DNA of 64,000 nt from Octopus sinensis (Eukaryota), in the NCBI RefSeq assembly GCF_006345805.1, contig NC_042997.1:186124001-186188000 (forward strand), in the 5' to 3' direction. The notes under the pieces are model-generated. The model did not search any database. It was not told the DNA's origin and saw only the letters and a program-made list of their open reading frames with translations. The position numbers and the translations under genes were made by a program. This document shows, in pieces, positions 1 to 12,680 of the stretch (its first letter is position 1; each line of letters starts with the position of its first letter).

Positions 1-185
1 CTCTGTTTCTCCCCACCATCAGTTGACAACCGGTGTTGGTGTGTTTGCGTCCCTTAACTTAGCGGGTCAGTAAAAGAGACCGATAGAATAAGGACTTACA
101 AAGAATAGTCCTGGCATCGTTTTGTTCAAACTAAAGGGGATGCTCCAGGATGGCCGCAGTCAAAATGACTGAAACAAATATATGA
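1..185 (+). mobile_element. SINE family A, 3' part only
   Basis: Same 3' body (GGCAAAAGAGACCGATAGAATAAG...CCAGCATGGCCGCAGTCAAATGACTGAAACAAG) as more than ten other copies in the window. Confidence 0.8.
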
Positions 186-852
186 ATAAAAGAAAAGAAT
201 AAAATAAATATTTTAAGTTTGCGGTTTATTCCGGTATTTTTACATTTTGTTAGAATTTTTATGATTAATTATATTTTATAAAATAACAGATTTAGCAATA
301 GAAATTTGTTTTCGAAAATACAGCCATATCAAATAACAATTTAGGTGTGACCTTCCTATGCGAAAAAAAAAAAAAAAACGTTCTCTGCCTTTGGCCGAAG
401 TAGTGATGAATGAATCACGAACTAAATAAATATATGATATTGCGTATTTATTGGAGCATGACAAATAGAAATGATCAAAGATTAATTCAGATGTCTCACA
501 AAAACAGAAAAAAAAGGAGACCTCTATTTGGTCACTTGACATGCTAAAAAGAATCTGACAAAACATCCTCAAAGTTTCACACTACCGCTTCGGTGAAGAA
601 AGTAAATATTGGATAATGTAGTCTTAGATATATGAGTGAAAATGACAGTATGGTCATTGCTGGAATATGATTGATCATGGATCTGCTTACTCAGAGATGA
701 CTTGGGGTTACATTAGTGTGAGTATGTTTAATGTATGTGGCTAATTATCACTAATGAAGTTAACATAATGCCAAAACATGCGAGGACTTGCTTTTTGATG
801 TTATCGGAAAAAATTAAAATAACATTAGTCACAGACGTTAAGTCATGATATT

Positions 853-887
<35 letters not shown>

Positions 888-984
888 GCTGCTGTTATTA
901 TTATAGTTGTTTTGTTTTTGTTTTTAAGTTTATTTTCAGTTACCATACATAACGATCCTTGTTTTAAATATGTTAACATTATTT

Positions 985-1212
985 TCTACTCTAGGCACAA
1001 GGCCCCAAATTTTGGAGGATGGAGGCCAGTCGACTAGATCGTCTCCAGTATGCAACTGGTACTTAATTTATCGACCTCGAAAGGACGAATCCAAAGTCGA
1101 CTTCTACGGAATTTGAACTCAGCACGTAACGGCAGACGAAATACGGCTAGGCATTTCGCCCGGCATGCTAACGTTTCTTATTTCTTTACTGCCCACAAGG
1201 GGATACACACAG
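985..1212 (-). mobile_element. SINE family B, with a second tail fragment abutting its head
   Basis: Reverse complement of the family B body (GTTCAAATTCC..GTCGACTTTG..CCTTTCG..GTCGATAAATTAAGTACCAG). At 1176-1205 a tail CCCCTTGTGGGCAGTAAAGAAATA runs into AGAAACGTTAGC. Confidence 0.75.
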
Positions 1213-1214
1213 AG

Positions 1215-1680
<466 letters not shown>

Positions 1681-1908
1681 ATGTAATTTTTCACGCTGAA
1701 TCCGAATTTGTTATTCATTTATTCCAGAAAAAATTTGCAAAAATGTTACAGGTGTTCAAAACTTGATAATTATCATCATCAGGGAATGAGGAGAGGGCAT
1801 CAGCACACCACCATCGGCATGTCAAAACATTAAGCTAAAATTATTGAATGAGAGTTACATCTGTTATCAAAACTAACAATTTTAGAACAAGTAGTGGCTA
1901 CACTCCTT

Positions 1909-2008
1909 GTGCGCATGCGTAGCATCTTTGGCTACTACGGAAACAGAGTTCTTCACAATCAGCTACAGAACACGTGGCGCTTTTTTTTGCTTTGGTTACT
2001 ATGGAAAC
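1909..2008. promoter_or_regulatory. Candidate promoter cluster: NRF1-like site, two RFX X-box-like sites, E-box
   Basis: TGCGCATGCG 1910-1919; GCTACTACGGAAAC 1931-1944; CACGTG 1971-1976; GTTACTATGGAAAC 1995-2008, all in non-repetitive sequence. Confidence 0.45.
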
Positions 2009-2239
2009 AGACTTCTTCGCCACGGTGATGTCTATAATACACATTTCTGATTAGCTAAAATACCCAAAATTTTGCAAATTTTAATGGCAAATAGCATTTT
2101 AATTATGTAATTTATAGGGAAAATGAATTTCATTTTCATAACAAGTATACAAAAATTAATCCACATGTCGGATTTCAAAACAACTGGAACAAAATTGCTA
2201 ACAATGACGAAAACCATAAATATGCACCATCACTACGAC

Positions 2240-3135
<896 letters not shown>

Positions 3136-3305
3136 CCTCAACAAAACAAAACCAATATCAGACACTCACCTTCAACGCCAACACCATGACACAAACGCTC
3201 AAAAATAACCACAACAACAACATCAACAACAAAAATATTCCGACTGGTTCCCACACTATGACGTTTTTGCATGTTTTTATTTTCAAATAAAGCTTCTTAA
3301 CTTTC

Positions 3306-3365
<60 letters not shown>

Positions 3366-3549
3366 TTTTCAGTATTAACTTTGTAATGTTTTTATCATCT
3401 GTTAAAATTATATATTTGAAGTTTGCTTCTTTATAAGATTACAAGAGCGTAACTATGATTCTAAAAGTTGATTACTGGCGTAAAAATGTCGAATTTAATT
3501 TAAAAACAAATACACGTACACGCATAGGTACACGCCCACAGACACATAC

Positions 3550-3571
3550 ACACCTGTGTGTATACTTTACA

Positions 3572-3602
<31 letters not shown>

Positions 3603-5180
3603 CATACATACATACATACATACATAACTACATACATACATACATGCTTGCGTACATACATATATATAAACAAAAGTACCCTATTGATGATGTTGAAAAT
3701 CCAATGAAGAATCATTGGTTCTATGTTAGAAACCGGCTCTTTCTCCATTGGCAAGAAATCTTGAAATAAAACTGAATAATAACGTATATACATACGTGCA
3801 TACATACATACATACATACATACATACATACATACATACATACATACATACATACATACATACATACATACATGCATACATACACACATACATACATACA
3901 TACATACATACATACATACATACATACATACATACATACATACACACATACATACACACATACATACATACATGGAGAAAGCCGATTCGAAGACTACAAT
4001 TCCAAACCATCACTGAAACTGTAAAATCTAAAGCTTTCAAGAGTTTTATTATTTAAGTATATAAGAGCATATCTAGATATGCAACAATATGCAGGAGTAT
4101 TGGATACTGAATAATGACATATATACATATATAATACATACATACATTGTTTGTTCCTTCTCGAGCCACGCTTGGCTCATAAAAGCCGGTTTCTCGGTTT
4201 CCTTGGTGTAGAGGTTCCCCACCTGGACAGGACGCCGGTCCATCGCAGGTGAGCTGCAAGATGAAAGAGTGAGAGAAAGTTGTGGCGAAAGAGTCAGAAG
4301 AAGAACTTCGCCATTACCTTCTGCTGGAGCTGCGTGGAGCTTCGGTGTTTCGCTTATAAACACACACATCGTCCGGTCTGAGATTCGAACCCGCGATCCC
4401 TCGACCGCGAGTCCGCTGCTCTAACCACTAAGCCATGTGTCTCCACACATACATACATACATAAATGGAGAAAGCTGATTCGAAGACTACAAATTCTGTA
4501 AAACTTTCTAGATGTTTATCATTTAAGTAAATAAGAGCATGTCTAGATATGCAACAATATGCATGAGAATACATACATAAAGCAAAACAAACAAATCTGC
4601 TCATGTACAGGCATACATACATACATACATACATACATACATGCGTACATACATGCTTGCGTACATACATATATATAAACAAAAGTACCCTATTGATGAT
4701 GTTGAAAATCCAATGAAGAATCATTGGTTCTATGTTAGAAACCGGCTCTTTCTCCATTGGCAAGAAATCTTGAAATAAAACTGAATAATAACGTATATAC
4801 ATACGTGCATACATACATACATACATACATACATACATACATACATACATACATACATACATGCAAACATACACACATACATACATACATGCAAACATAC
4901 ACACATACATACATACACATACATACATACATACATACATACATACATACATACATACATACATACATACATGGAGAAAGCTGATTCAAAGACTACAAAC
5001 CCAAGCCGTCGTTGGTACTAAAAATTCTGTAAAACTTTCCAGATGTTTATCATTTAAGTAAATAAGAGCATGTCTAGATATGCAACTATATGCATGACAA
5101 TACATACATGAAGCAAAACAAACAAATCTTCTCACGTACATGCATGCATACATACATACATACATAATATTTAGGTACAT
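3550..5180 (+). repeat. Local tandem duplication of two unique segments interleaved with (TACA)n
   Basis: Segment AAACAAAAGTACCCTATTG...ACGTGC at ~3668-3798 and ~4677-4807, diverged copy ~5414-5492. Segment ATGGAGAAAG...GCAAC at ~3971, ~4464 and ~4971. Confidence 0.85.
4155..4447 (-). mobile_element. SINE family C (tRNA-derived head)
   Basis: Minus strand starts GTGGAGACACATGGCTTAGTGGTTAGAGC...GGTTCGAATCTC (A and B boxes); same body at 19330 and 53745. Confidence 0.85.
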
Positions 5181-5187
5181 ACATGCA

Positions 5188-5224
<37 letters not shown>

Positions 5225-5239
5225 AATTTATTATATAGA

Positions 5240-5296
5240 AGGAGCTTCTACAGGACTAGTACTGTTTCATTCAAGAGAAATCTTCAGGAAGCTCCT
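5240..5296 (-). ncRNA. Type I hammerhead ribozyme motif (Penelope-like)
   Basis: Minus strand: AGGAGCTTC-CTGAAGA-TTTCTCTTGAAT-GAA-ACAG-TACTAGTC-CTGT-A-GAAGCTCCT. 9-bp stem I, complete core, 4-bp stem III, GUA triplet; stem II weak (T.T then 3 bp). Confidence 0.7.
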
Positions 5297-5564
5297 GTAG
5301 AAGCTCCTTCTATATAATAAATTAATTTTACTCTGCTATGTATTGAGTACCTTACTTACTGTGGTTAACCCCGGATCAACCCGGGACCTACATATATATA
5401 TATATATATATACAAACAAAAATACCCTGTTGTTGATATTGAAAATCCAATGAAGTAACATTGAATCTAGGTTATAAACCGACTCTTTCCCTTGTGTGTT
5501 TAAATCTACCTAGTGGAAAAGAAGGTTGAGTGCATCAATAGAAACCAATATATATATTGTTTCA

Positions 5565-5784
5565 TTCTTTTACTTGTTTCAGTCATTTGACTGCGGCCAT
5601 GCTGGAGTCGAACCACCTTTAGTCGAACAAATCCACCCCAAGAATTATTCTTTGTGCGCGTAGTACGTGTTACATCGGTTTTTTTGCCGAAACGCTAAGT
5701 TAGACACGTCACCATCGGATTCAAGTGATGGTGGGGGTCAAACACAGACACAGAAGCCCGTCGTATATATATTATATATATATA

Positions 5785-5839
<55 letters not shown>

Positions 5840-6012
5840 CATATGTATACGACGGGCTTCTTTCCGTTTCCGTCTGCCAAATCCACTCACAAGGCTTTGG
5901 TCGGCCCGAGGCTATTTTAGAAGACACTTATCCAACGTGCCACGAAGTGGGACTGAACCCGGAACCATGTGGCTGGTAAGCCATCTACTTACCACACAGC
6001 CATTCCTGCGCC
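5565..6012 (-). mobile_element. SINE family A, full length
   Basis: Minus strand begins GGCGCAGGAATGGCTGTGTGGTAAG; internal TA array; conserved 3' body. Confidence 0.85.
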
Positions 6013-6044
6013 CATATATATATATAAAGTGTATGTATGTGTAT

Positions 6045-6083
<39 letters not shown>

Positions 6084-6085
6084 AG

Positions 6086-6139
<54 letters not shown>

Positions 6140-6566
6140 ATATTATATATATATATATATAAAGCTGTAAAAGTTTGTGGTGCAAATTATCTGAAACGGT
6201 GTACTGAATTGCATCGGCGAAGATTGATTTTAGCTATTTAAAAAGGTACAAAACAATAAAATTCGTTTTTCTTTTTATTCTTTGAGTGTCAGAACTATGA
6301 ACTGGTCGTTGACACAGCTGCACTGTCGCTCAGTGCATCTCTAAAATATTAGTTTTATTGATCAAACTCGTAGCTATCATTTTGGGAATTAAAACACTCA
6401 ATGTATGTTATACTGATACATACATACAAACGTACATACATATATATATATGCATAGAAATGTACGAATAATTGTGTGCGTATATGTATATATATCTATA
6501 TGCATGTATATATAAATAACAATAAGAACAACAACGACGACAACGAGGTAGAGGAGGTGGAGGAGG

Positions 6567-7066
6567 AATGCCCTCATGTAGTACCAGACAGTGGTTCTCA
6601 TGGCGTCTGATCTTAACTTTTGGAAGTGTTATCATGTACATGTTTTGTTTTGGTGTAAAAGATGGCATACAGCGAATATTTTGTTCAGTATCAGAATTTT
6701 GCTTGTTAGTTGCTTGACCTTCACCAGTTGAGCATGTCCCTTAGTGATTGACGAAATATACAACTCTGTTCGCAAGCAGAAAAAATGGATGTTTCGTTCA
6801 TCATCCTTAAACAAACTGAATTCAGAGACCTGCTGAGAGGAATTGGCTACCCAAATCTGAAGAAAATTCTATGTGGGCCTCACCTTCAAACACGATGTTT
6901 ATCTTGATACGAGATCACCATATCATATGGTGGTGATGCATGTGCTAAGTGTGCGTTTATCGGACATGTAGACATGGTGAGTAGATAGGGTTTCTTATAT
7001 TTGTACCGCAATGTCATTTTGATGGCATGCGCTACTCTCTCACTCAATAATAACAACAACAACAAC
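6567..7066 (+). mobile_element. (AAT)n-flanked non-coding element (family F), degraded copy
   Basis: Diverged match to 24886-25439 from GCCCT..GTAGTACCAG to CTCTCACTC, followed by AAT. Confidence 0.7.
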
Positions 7067-7088
7067 AACAATAACAATAATAATAATA

Positions 7089-7126
7089 GGCGCAGGAGTG
7101 GCTGTGGCGTAAGTAGTTTGCTTACC
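7089..7126 (+). mobile_element. SINE family A head, left half of the copy interrupted by the Tx1 element
   Basis: GGCGCAGGAGTGGCTGTGGCGTAAGTAGTTTGCTTACC; the SINE resumes at 12541. Confidence 0.85.
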
Positions 7127-7515
7127 TCACTGACAGAAGAGTGACTTTGCTTACCGTACTACGGTTTGGACGCGTTTTCTTCCCGGTAAGAGTTTTGCTG
7201 TGTTGTTAATTGTTGAATTCCTACTACTGAAAATTTGCCTTTAAACGTTGCTGAACTGTCTTGTTCTCCGGTTTTACCGGGAAATAATTGAATAATTTCT
7301 TACCGTTGAACTGTTAGCCACTGTGGCTTTTTATTTACGTGACTATATATAGTCCTGCCAGACTATTTTCGTGCCCCTCCCCCGAATGGGGGTGGGAATT
7401 GGAATTTTTGAACTGCTTTTTTGAACTACTTTGGAAGAAAAACTTTCTATAGGTTTCCCAGTTTTGTGGGAAACCAATACTCGTAATTTTTGTGTTGTCT
7501 AATTTCAACAGAATA

Positions 7516-8916
7516 ATGTCTGTTGAAATTATTCACGAAAGTAGTGCTCTTGAGGAGAGCAATGTTAAAAAATTTTCTGCGGTAGCCGCAGTGGCTACCG
7601 AGAGCATTGACATCGATGTCAACCAGCTCGTCGAGCTATTTAAAAGAATGCAAGAGGAGGGTGGTGATGTTAAAATATCACCCTCCGCCAGTATCGTGGA
7701 GACCGAGAAGCGGACCGTAGTGTTTAAAACTTTCTGTCCACAAAGCAGAAGGTTCAAACACTTTGAAAAAAGCACCATCGAGAAATGCCTGTCCCCGATT
7801 TGGAAGGACATCGTGTACGTCGCCAGGGGACGGGCATATGGCACTGTGGATGTCCGCTTCTCGGGGGAAGAAATGGCCCGCGGGCATTCTGTGAACCCCC
7901 TAAAAACCAAGGAGGTGGTACTTTTCCCAAGCTATAGGGGACGCAGGACGTCCCGGGTCAGGATTGTAGAAGCCCCGCCGGAAGTAGATCCGGTAGAGGT
8001 AGTGGCCGCCCTGTTATATAAAAGGGCGGACAAAATAAAAATACTAGAAGTAACATGCTCTACCCCTCGATTTTGGCTCGGGCGTAACATTAATATATTA
8101 ATTCAAGGAACAGCGGAGGACCTGCAGCTCCTTCCTGAGAGGGTTCTCGTGGGCGAGAACGTAGCCCTCAGGGTACAGGTCGAAGGCCGAAAACCCACCT
8201 GTTACGCCTGCGGCAAAAAGGGCCACATTCGTGTAGACTGTCCAGACAAGCAAAAGAAACCGCAGACACCAGGCCCCTCAGATAATAAAAAAGTCCCTAC
8301 CCTTGCAAACACACCTACCCCTACAAAAACAAAAAATCCCACTCCTGCTGTTACGGTGCCAACCCCAAAACAGACTGAAGAAAAAACCCAGCCCTCGCAC
8401 TCACAAACCCCTACACTATTAAAACCTCCCACCCCCCTAAAAACTGCGGCGCCTACCGAACAAACTATTGCTACCCCAGACGATACCATGGAGGTATCAG
8501 AGGGGGGATTTACACCAGTTCGCAAAAGAATTCGTGCAGCATCCCCGTCCACATCCCCTACAAAAAATAATAAAAACAAAGACACACCACAGACACGGAA
8601 AAAAAAATCCCGCTCAACTGGCCCAGAAAAAGAAGACAAAAAAGAAAATGAACTCATATTAATTGAATTCGACACACAAGACAAATACATAAACGATATT
8701 GTGGTTCAGCATCAGTCAGCAAGACTGTACAACAAACACAAAGATCGAAATAGACACGCGTGGATTGCGGAAACAACGTTCAAACAATTAAAAGACAGAC
8801 ACACCAAACGCCATCCGGCATATCGCGAACTTGCCGGACTATCTGAAGAAAGAGGAGAAAGAAGGGGCCCACAAACGTGTGGTGAGGTCGGCCCCCACCT
8901 CTCCAACGAAATGTAA
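7516..8916 (+). CDS. Retrotransposon ORF1 (gag-like nucleic-acid-binding protein), open
   Basis: Uninterrupted ORF from ATG 7516; CYACGKKGHIRVDC zinc knuckle followed by a P/T/K-rich tail; ends 21 nt before the ORF2 ATG. Confidence 0.85.
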   Translation: MSVEIIHESSALEESNVKKFSAVAAVATESIDIDVNQLVELFKRMQEEGGDVKISPSASIVETEKRTVVFKTFCPQSRRFKHFEKSTIEKCLSPIWKDIVYVARGRAYGTVDVRFSGEEMARGHSVNPLKTKEVVLFPSYRGRRTSRVRIVEAPPEVDPVEVVAALLYKRADKIKILEVTCSTPRFWLGRNINILIQGTAEDLQLLPERVLVGENVALRVQVEGRKPTCYACGKKGHIRVDCPDKQKKPQTPGPSDNKKVPTLANTPTPTKTKNPTPAVTVPTPKQTEEKTQPSHSQTPTLLKPPTPLKTAAPTEQTIATPDDTMEVSEGGFTPVRKRIRAASPSTSPTKNNKNKDTPQTRKKKSRSTGPEKEDKKENELILIEFDTQDKYINDIVVQHQSARLYNKHKDRNRHAWIAETTFKQLKDRHTKRHPAYRELAGLSEERGERRGPQTCGEVGPHLSNEM

Positions 8917-8937
8917 GTAGAACTTTTACTTTTTGTA

Positions 8938-11900
8938 ATGGCTTCGCTTAACCTTGGTTGTTTAAATGTGCGTGGTCTGAGTTCGAAGTGGAAGCAGGCT
9001 TGTTTCCTCGACGACCTCAGATCACATGATATACATGTGATGGTTGCTACAGAGACCAAGCTGGACAGCCTACAAACCTTCTCGCCTCTCCTGAATGGCT
9101 ACGAGAAAATCATGTCTCCTGGCCAGACCGGAGGGCGAGGGGGCGTAGTGGTACTGATCCGTAAAGACTTGGCTCTACAGACAAGTACAGTCTATGTAGA
9201 CCCAGAAGGTGGGCTGGTCGTCCTTGATGTGACATACAGCAGTAAGGCCTTCAGGTTGATCGGACTCTATGCACCTTGTGCTAGAGGTTTCCAAACTGAT
9301 TTTTATCGGCGCCTAGAGGGCTTTCTCGTGACGTCGAAGACTTTAGTGATATCAGGAGACTTTAATGCTATCGTTGACGTACACATCGATAGCGTTGGCT
9401 CGATCTATAGGAAAGTGAACTCACGTCTCGTGGATCTGCTTAAGCGGTTTCAGCTAGCAGATCGTTACAGACTTGACCATCCGAACGTCCCAGAGTGGAC
9501 CTGGATGAGTGGCGACGGAAGGTTCAAGTCTTATCTAGACAGGATAGTGATAAGAACTAGAGATAAGTCTAGTTTTAGTTGTCCACAGCTCGTCCAGGTG
9601 CCCTATACTGACCATAGAATGGTCACGTGTAGACTGGACATAGATAGCACACTTAAGATAGGAAGCGGCTACTGGAAGCTGAACAAGTCTATTTTGACAC
9701 GCGAGGCATACCGTAGCCGGATTAAGGTGTTAGTGCAGAGGGCGTTAACCGGAGCCGTCGTTAATAACCGGTGGTGGTTCACCCTCAAAAGAGCCATTCG
9801 ATTCGAGTCCATTAGATTTAGTAAACAACTAAGACTAGATAGGGCTAGAATAGAAGGGCAACTAGTTAAGAACTTAGAGGAGGCGTTGAGGTTGGGCTCT
9901 GCATCTCACATTTTAGCGGCGAGAACGGCATTAGACCGTCACCTCAAAACCAAACATGAGGGATGTAGAGTCCGGGCTAAAGTACGAGCATTGGGCCGTG
10001 AGGGAATTAATGTTGCCGCATAGAAACACAGCGTGGAAACGATGCCACAATTGGGTCTCTTGATGAAAACGGATGCACGATCAAGAACCGGGACGAGATG
10101 TGTGAGGCACTTCACAAGCACTTCGCCGAGTTGTTCGGGAGGTGCGGGACGCTGGATCATGGTGAGGCCCTTAGGGACTTCCTGTCTGGTGGCCCGCACC
10201 TCTCGACACGAGAGGCTGAGTGCTGTGAAGGGCCAATCACAGCCGAGGAAGTAATCGAGGTGTTGGGCAAGTGCCCCGGGGAGAAGTCGCCGGGTCTCGA
10301 TGGTCTGCCCTATGAATTTTATAGAAGTATGCCAGACTTGTTCGGGCACCTGCTGGCTAGCGTCTACGCCAACTGGCAGCAGAATGGGAGAATTCCCAAG
10401 TCTGCGAGCCGGGGGGCGGTGACGTTGATCAGGAAGGACCCGAACAAGGGGGACGAGATAGGGAACTTCAGGCCCATAACTCTGTTAAACACAGAGTTAA
10501 AGATTCTGGCCAAGGTGCTAGCAAAAAGGTTGGCGCGGGTCGTGGACAAACTTGTCGAGGAAGCGCAAACGTGCGCTATCCCCGGCAGAACGATCCACGA
10601 CAATCTCCACCTTATACGCTACTCCTTAGAGAGGGTGGGGAAGCTTTCTGAGCACTGGTACATTTAGACCAGTCCAAAGCATTTGATAGGGTCGACCATC
10701 GGTACCTGGCGGCGGTCCTCGGAGAGGCTGGCCTAGGCCTGACCTTTCGAGGTTGGATCGCTGCTTTGTATAGCGACATCGAGTCTGTAGTGAAGGTGAA
10801 CGGTTCCTTTTCGAAGCCGTTCAGGATCGAGCGTTCAGTTCGTCAAGGGTGTCCCCTGTCCTCGCTCCTATACGTATTGGCTCTTGAGCCTTTGCTGCGG
10901 AAGTTGGAGGCACTAGGGGGCGCGCCGCATGATCTATGGTGTGGAAGAGGAGCTACGGCGTATGCGGATGACACCTCCATCATCGTGGCAGACGAAGGCC
11001 AGCTTCCAGTGGTGGAAGAGGCCATCAAAAGCTACGAGGCGGTGGCAGGAGCAAAGGTTAACAAGGACAAGTCGGTCGGTTTGCAACTCGGCACCTGGAG
11101 GGGCAAGCCGATGTCGTCCAATAACGTCGTAGGGCGTTGGACGGAAGGTCCTGTTAAGCTGCTCGGAGTCTGGTTCGGGCCAGACCTCCAGATTGAGAAA
11201 AATTGGAGTGAGGTGGCCAACAAGGTGACCGCTCTAACCCAGACCTGGTCTGGGCGGGCGTTATCCCTGCTAGGGAAGGCGGAGGTGGTGCAGATGTTTA
11301 TAGCATCAGTAATCACCTACCGTCTGACCGTGGTGCCTTGCCCCGATTTGTGGATGAACAAGTTGGAGAGAATCCTTTTCCGATTTTTGTGGAAAAGAGG
11401 AAAGCCACTTGTAAAGCGCTCTGTCTGCTGCCAGAAACCGCTAAAGGGTGGGCTAGGGATGCCTTGGCTGAGGATGCGAAAACTCGCGTTAAGGTTGAGG
11501 CACCTCTGGCTTTACCTGGATGGAGAGCAGGTGTGGTCGCCGCACGTCCGGTTCTACCTTCCCCAGTTAACATCCCTAACGGACATCGGTGCATGGATCA
11601 AGCGGAGACCTAAACTGAGTGAATGGCATTTGGAGTGCCGTCAGGCGCTCCAGCTACTATCTCGGGTGGGCAACGCCGGCAACAGGAGTTCCACCACGGA
11701 TTTCTATAGCGGGTTAGTGGAGATTAAGTCCGAAGACGCCTTGGGGGAGACCCTGGGCTACGATGAAAATCAGTTGGTCAACCTGTTCCGGAGGACGTTC
11801 GGGCCGGGGTATCTCGATAATTACCAGAAATCCCTGGCCTGGCAGTGCTTCCGTGCGGCTTTACCTGTTCGCGACAAGCTGTCAAGGCACGGTAGTGCCG

Positions 11901-12313
11901 TCTCGCCGACATGCCCGCGATGTGAGCAGGATAGGGAGACCGTCTTGCACGCATTCGTGGAGTGTCCGGAGTTATCGGGACTGATAGCTTTTGTTGAACA
12001 ACTGTTGTCAGTGATGGGAAGAGTACAGCTATCAGCTGAGTCTATCATCGAGATTGTGCCGCCCCCTTTCCTTAACAGGGAAAGAAAGGCTTGTTTTTTC
12101 TGTGTAGTAGCCATACTGAAAGAAACAGCATGGAAGACGCGTACGAAAGGTATAGTGACAGGCACCTTTGTCTCCGGCCAGGGGTTGATTAACTTTTTTA
12201 GTTACCACCTCAGTAGCAAAATCAGGCTGGAGAAGAGGTGTCTGTCACGAGATATGTTTGTGAAAAGATGGAAGCCTGTGGCATACAAGATGGGTATGTT
12301 TGGCACCAGGTAA
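8938..12313 (+). pseudogene. Retrotransposon ORF2 (APE endonuclease, reverse transcriptase, zf-RVT), disrupted
   Basis: APE motifs LNVRGL, ATETK, GDFNA, SYLDRI, TDHRMV. RT motifs PGLDGLPYEFY, FRPITLLN, LDQSKAFDRV, QGCPLS, YADD. C-terminal CPRC..HAFVEC. Stop/shift near 10021 and a 1-nt shift near 10648. Confidence 0.92.
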
Positions 12314-12540
12314 GTGTGACCGGATCAGAAGTAAAGGTTCTACCCGGATGGCTGGGTGTCCGTCCTTCGACATGATCATTAATATTTTTAAACATTGCCT
12401 TCGTAAAATTCATTGTTTATAATCTTATCCGTAATTTCATTCGAAAATTGTAACTGTGTTAAGCTACTTCACCCTTTATATTTGTCTGTCCTTGTTTGTC
12501 CCCTCTTTGTAAATGCCTAAATGGCAAATTATATGAAATA

Positions 12541-12680
12541 AAGTAGTTTGCTTACCAACCACATGGTTTCGGGTTCAGTCCCAATGCGTGGCACTTTGAG
12601 TAAGTGTCTTCTACTATAGCCTCGGGCTGACTAAAGCCTTGTGAATGGATTTGGTAGACAGAAACTGGAAAGAAGTCCCT
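12541..12680 (+). mobile_element. SINE family A, right half of the interrupted copy
   Basis: AAGTAGTTTGCTTACCAACCACATGGTTTCGGGTTCAGTCCC continues the head at 7089-7126. Confidence 0.85.

Larger units (their letters stand above)
7127..12540 (+). mobile_element. L1 superfamily, Tx1-clade non-LTR retrotransposon, near full length (5414 bp)
   Basis: ORF1 with CCHC knuckle, ORF2 with APE-RT-zf layout, exact 16-bp TSD AAGTAGTTTGCTTACC at 7111-7126 and 12541-12556. Confidence 0.92.

Noticed and set aside
651-725. Possible exon YGHCWNMIDHGSAYSEMTWGYIS ending at a GTGAGT donor
   Set aside because: No polypyrimidine tract before the acceptor and no supporting neighbouring exon
3695-3750. Hammerhead-like CCAATGA...GAAACCGG in the duplicated segment
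   Set aside because: Two core positions deviate and the stems cannot be drawn consistently across the three copies
4360-4447. tRNA-like sequences (also 19545-19630, 53950-54022, 24580-24725, 12680-12730)
   Set aside because: A and B boxes are present but acceptor and T stems are broken and each continues into a repeat body; these are SINE heads, not tRNA genes
7533-12413. Antisense and alternate-frame ORFs overlapping the Tx1 element
   Set aside because: Shadows of the real ORF1/ORF2 with no independent motifs
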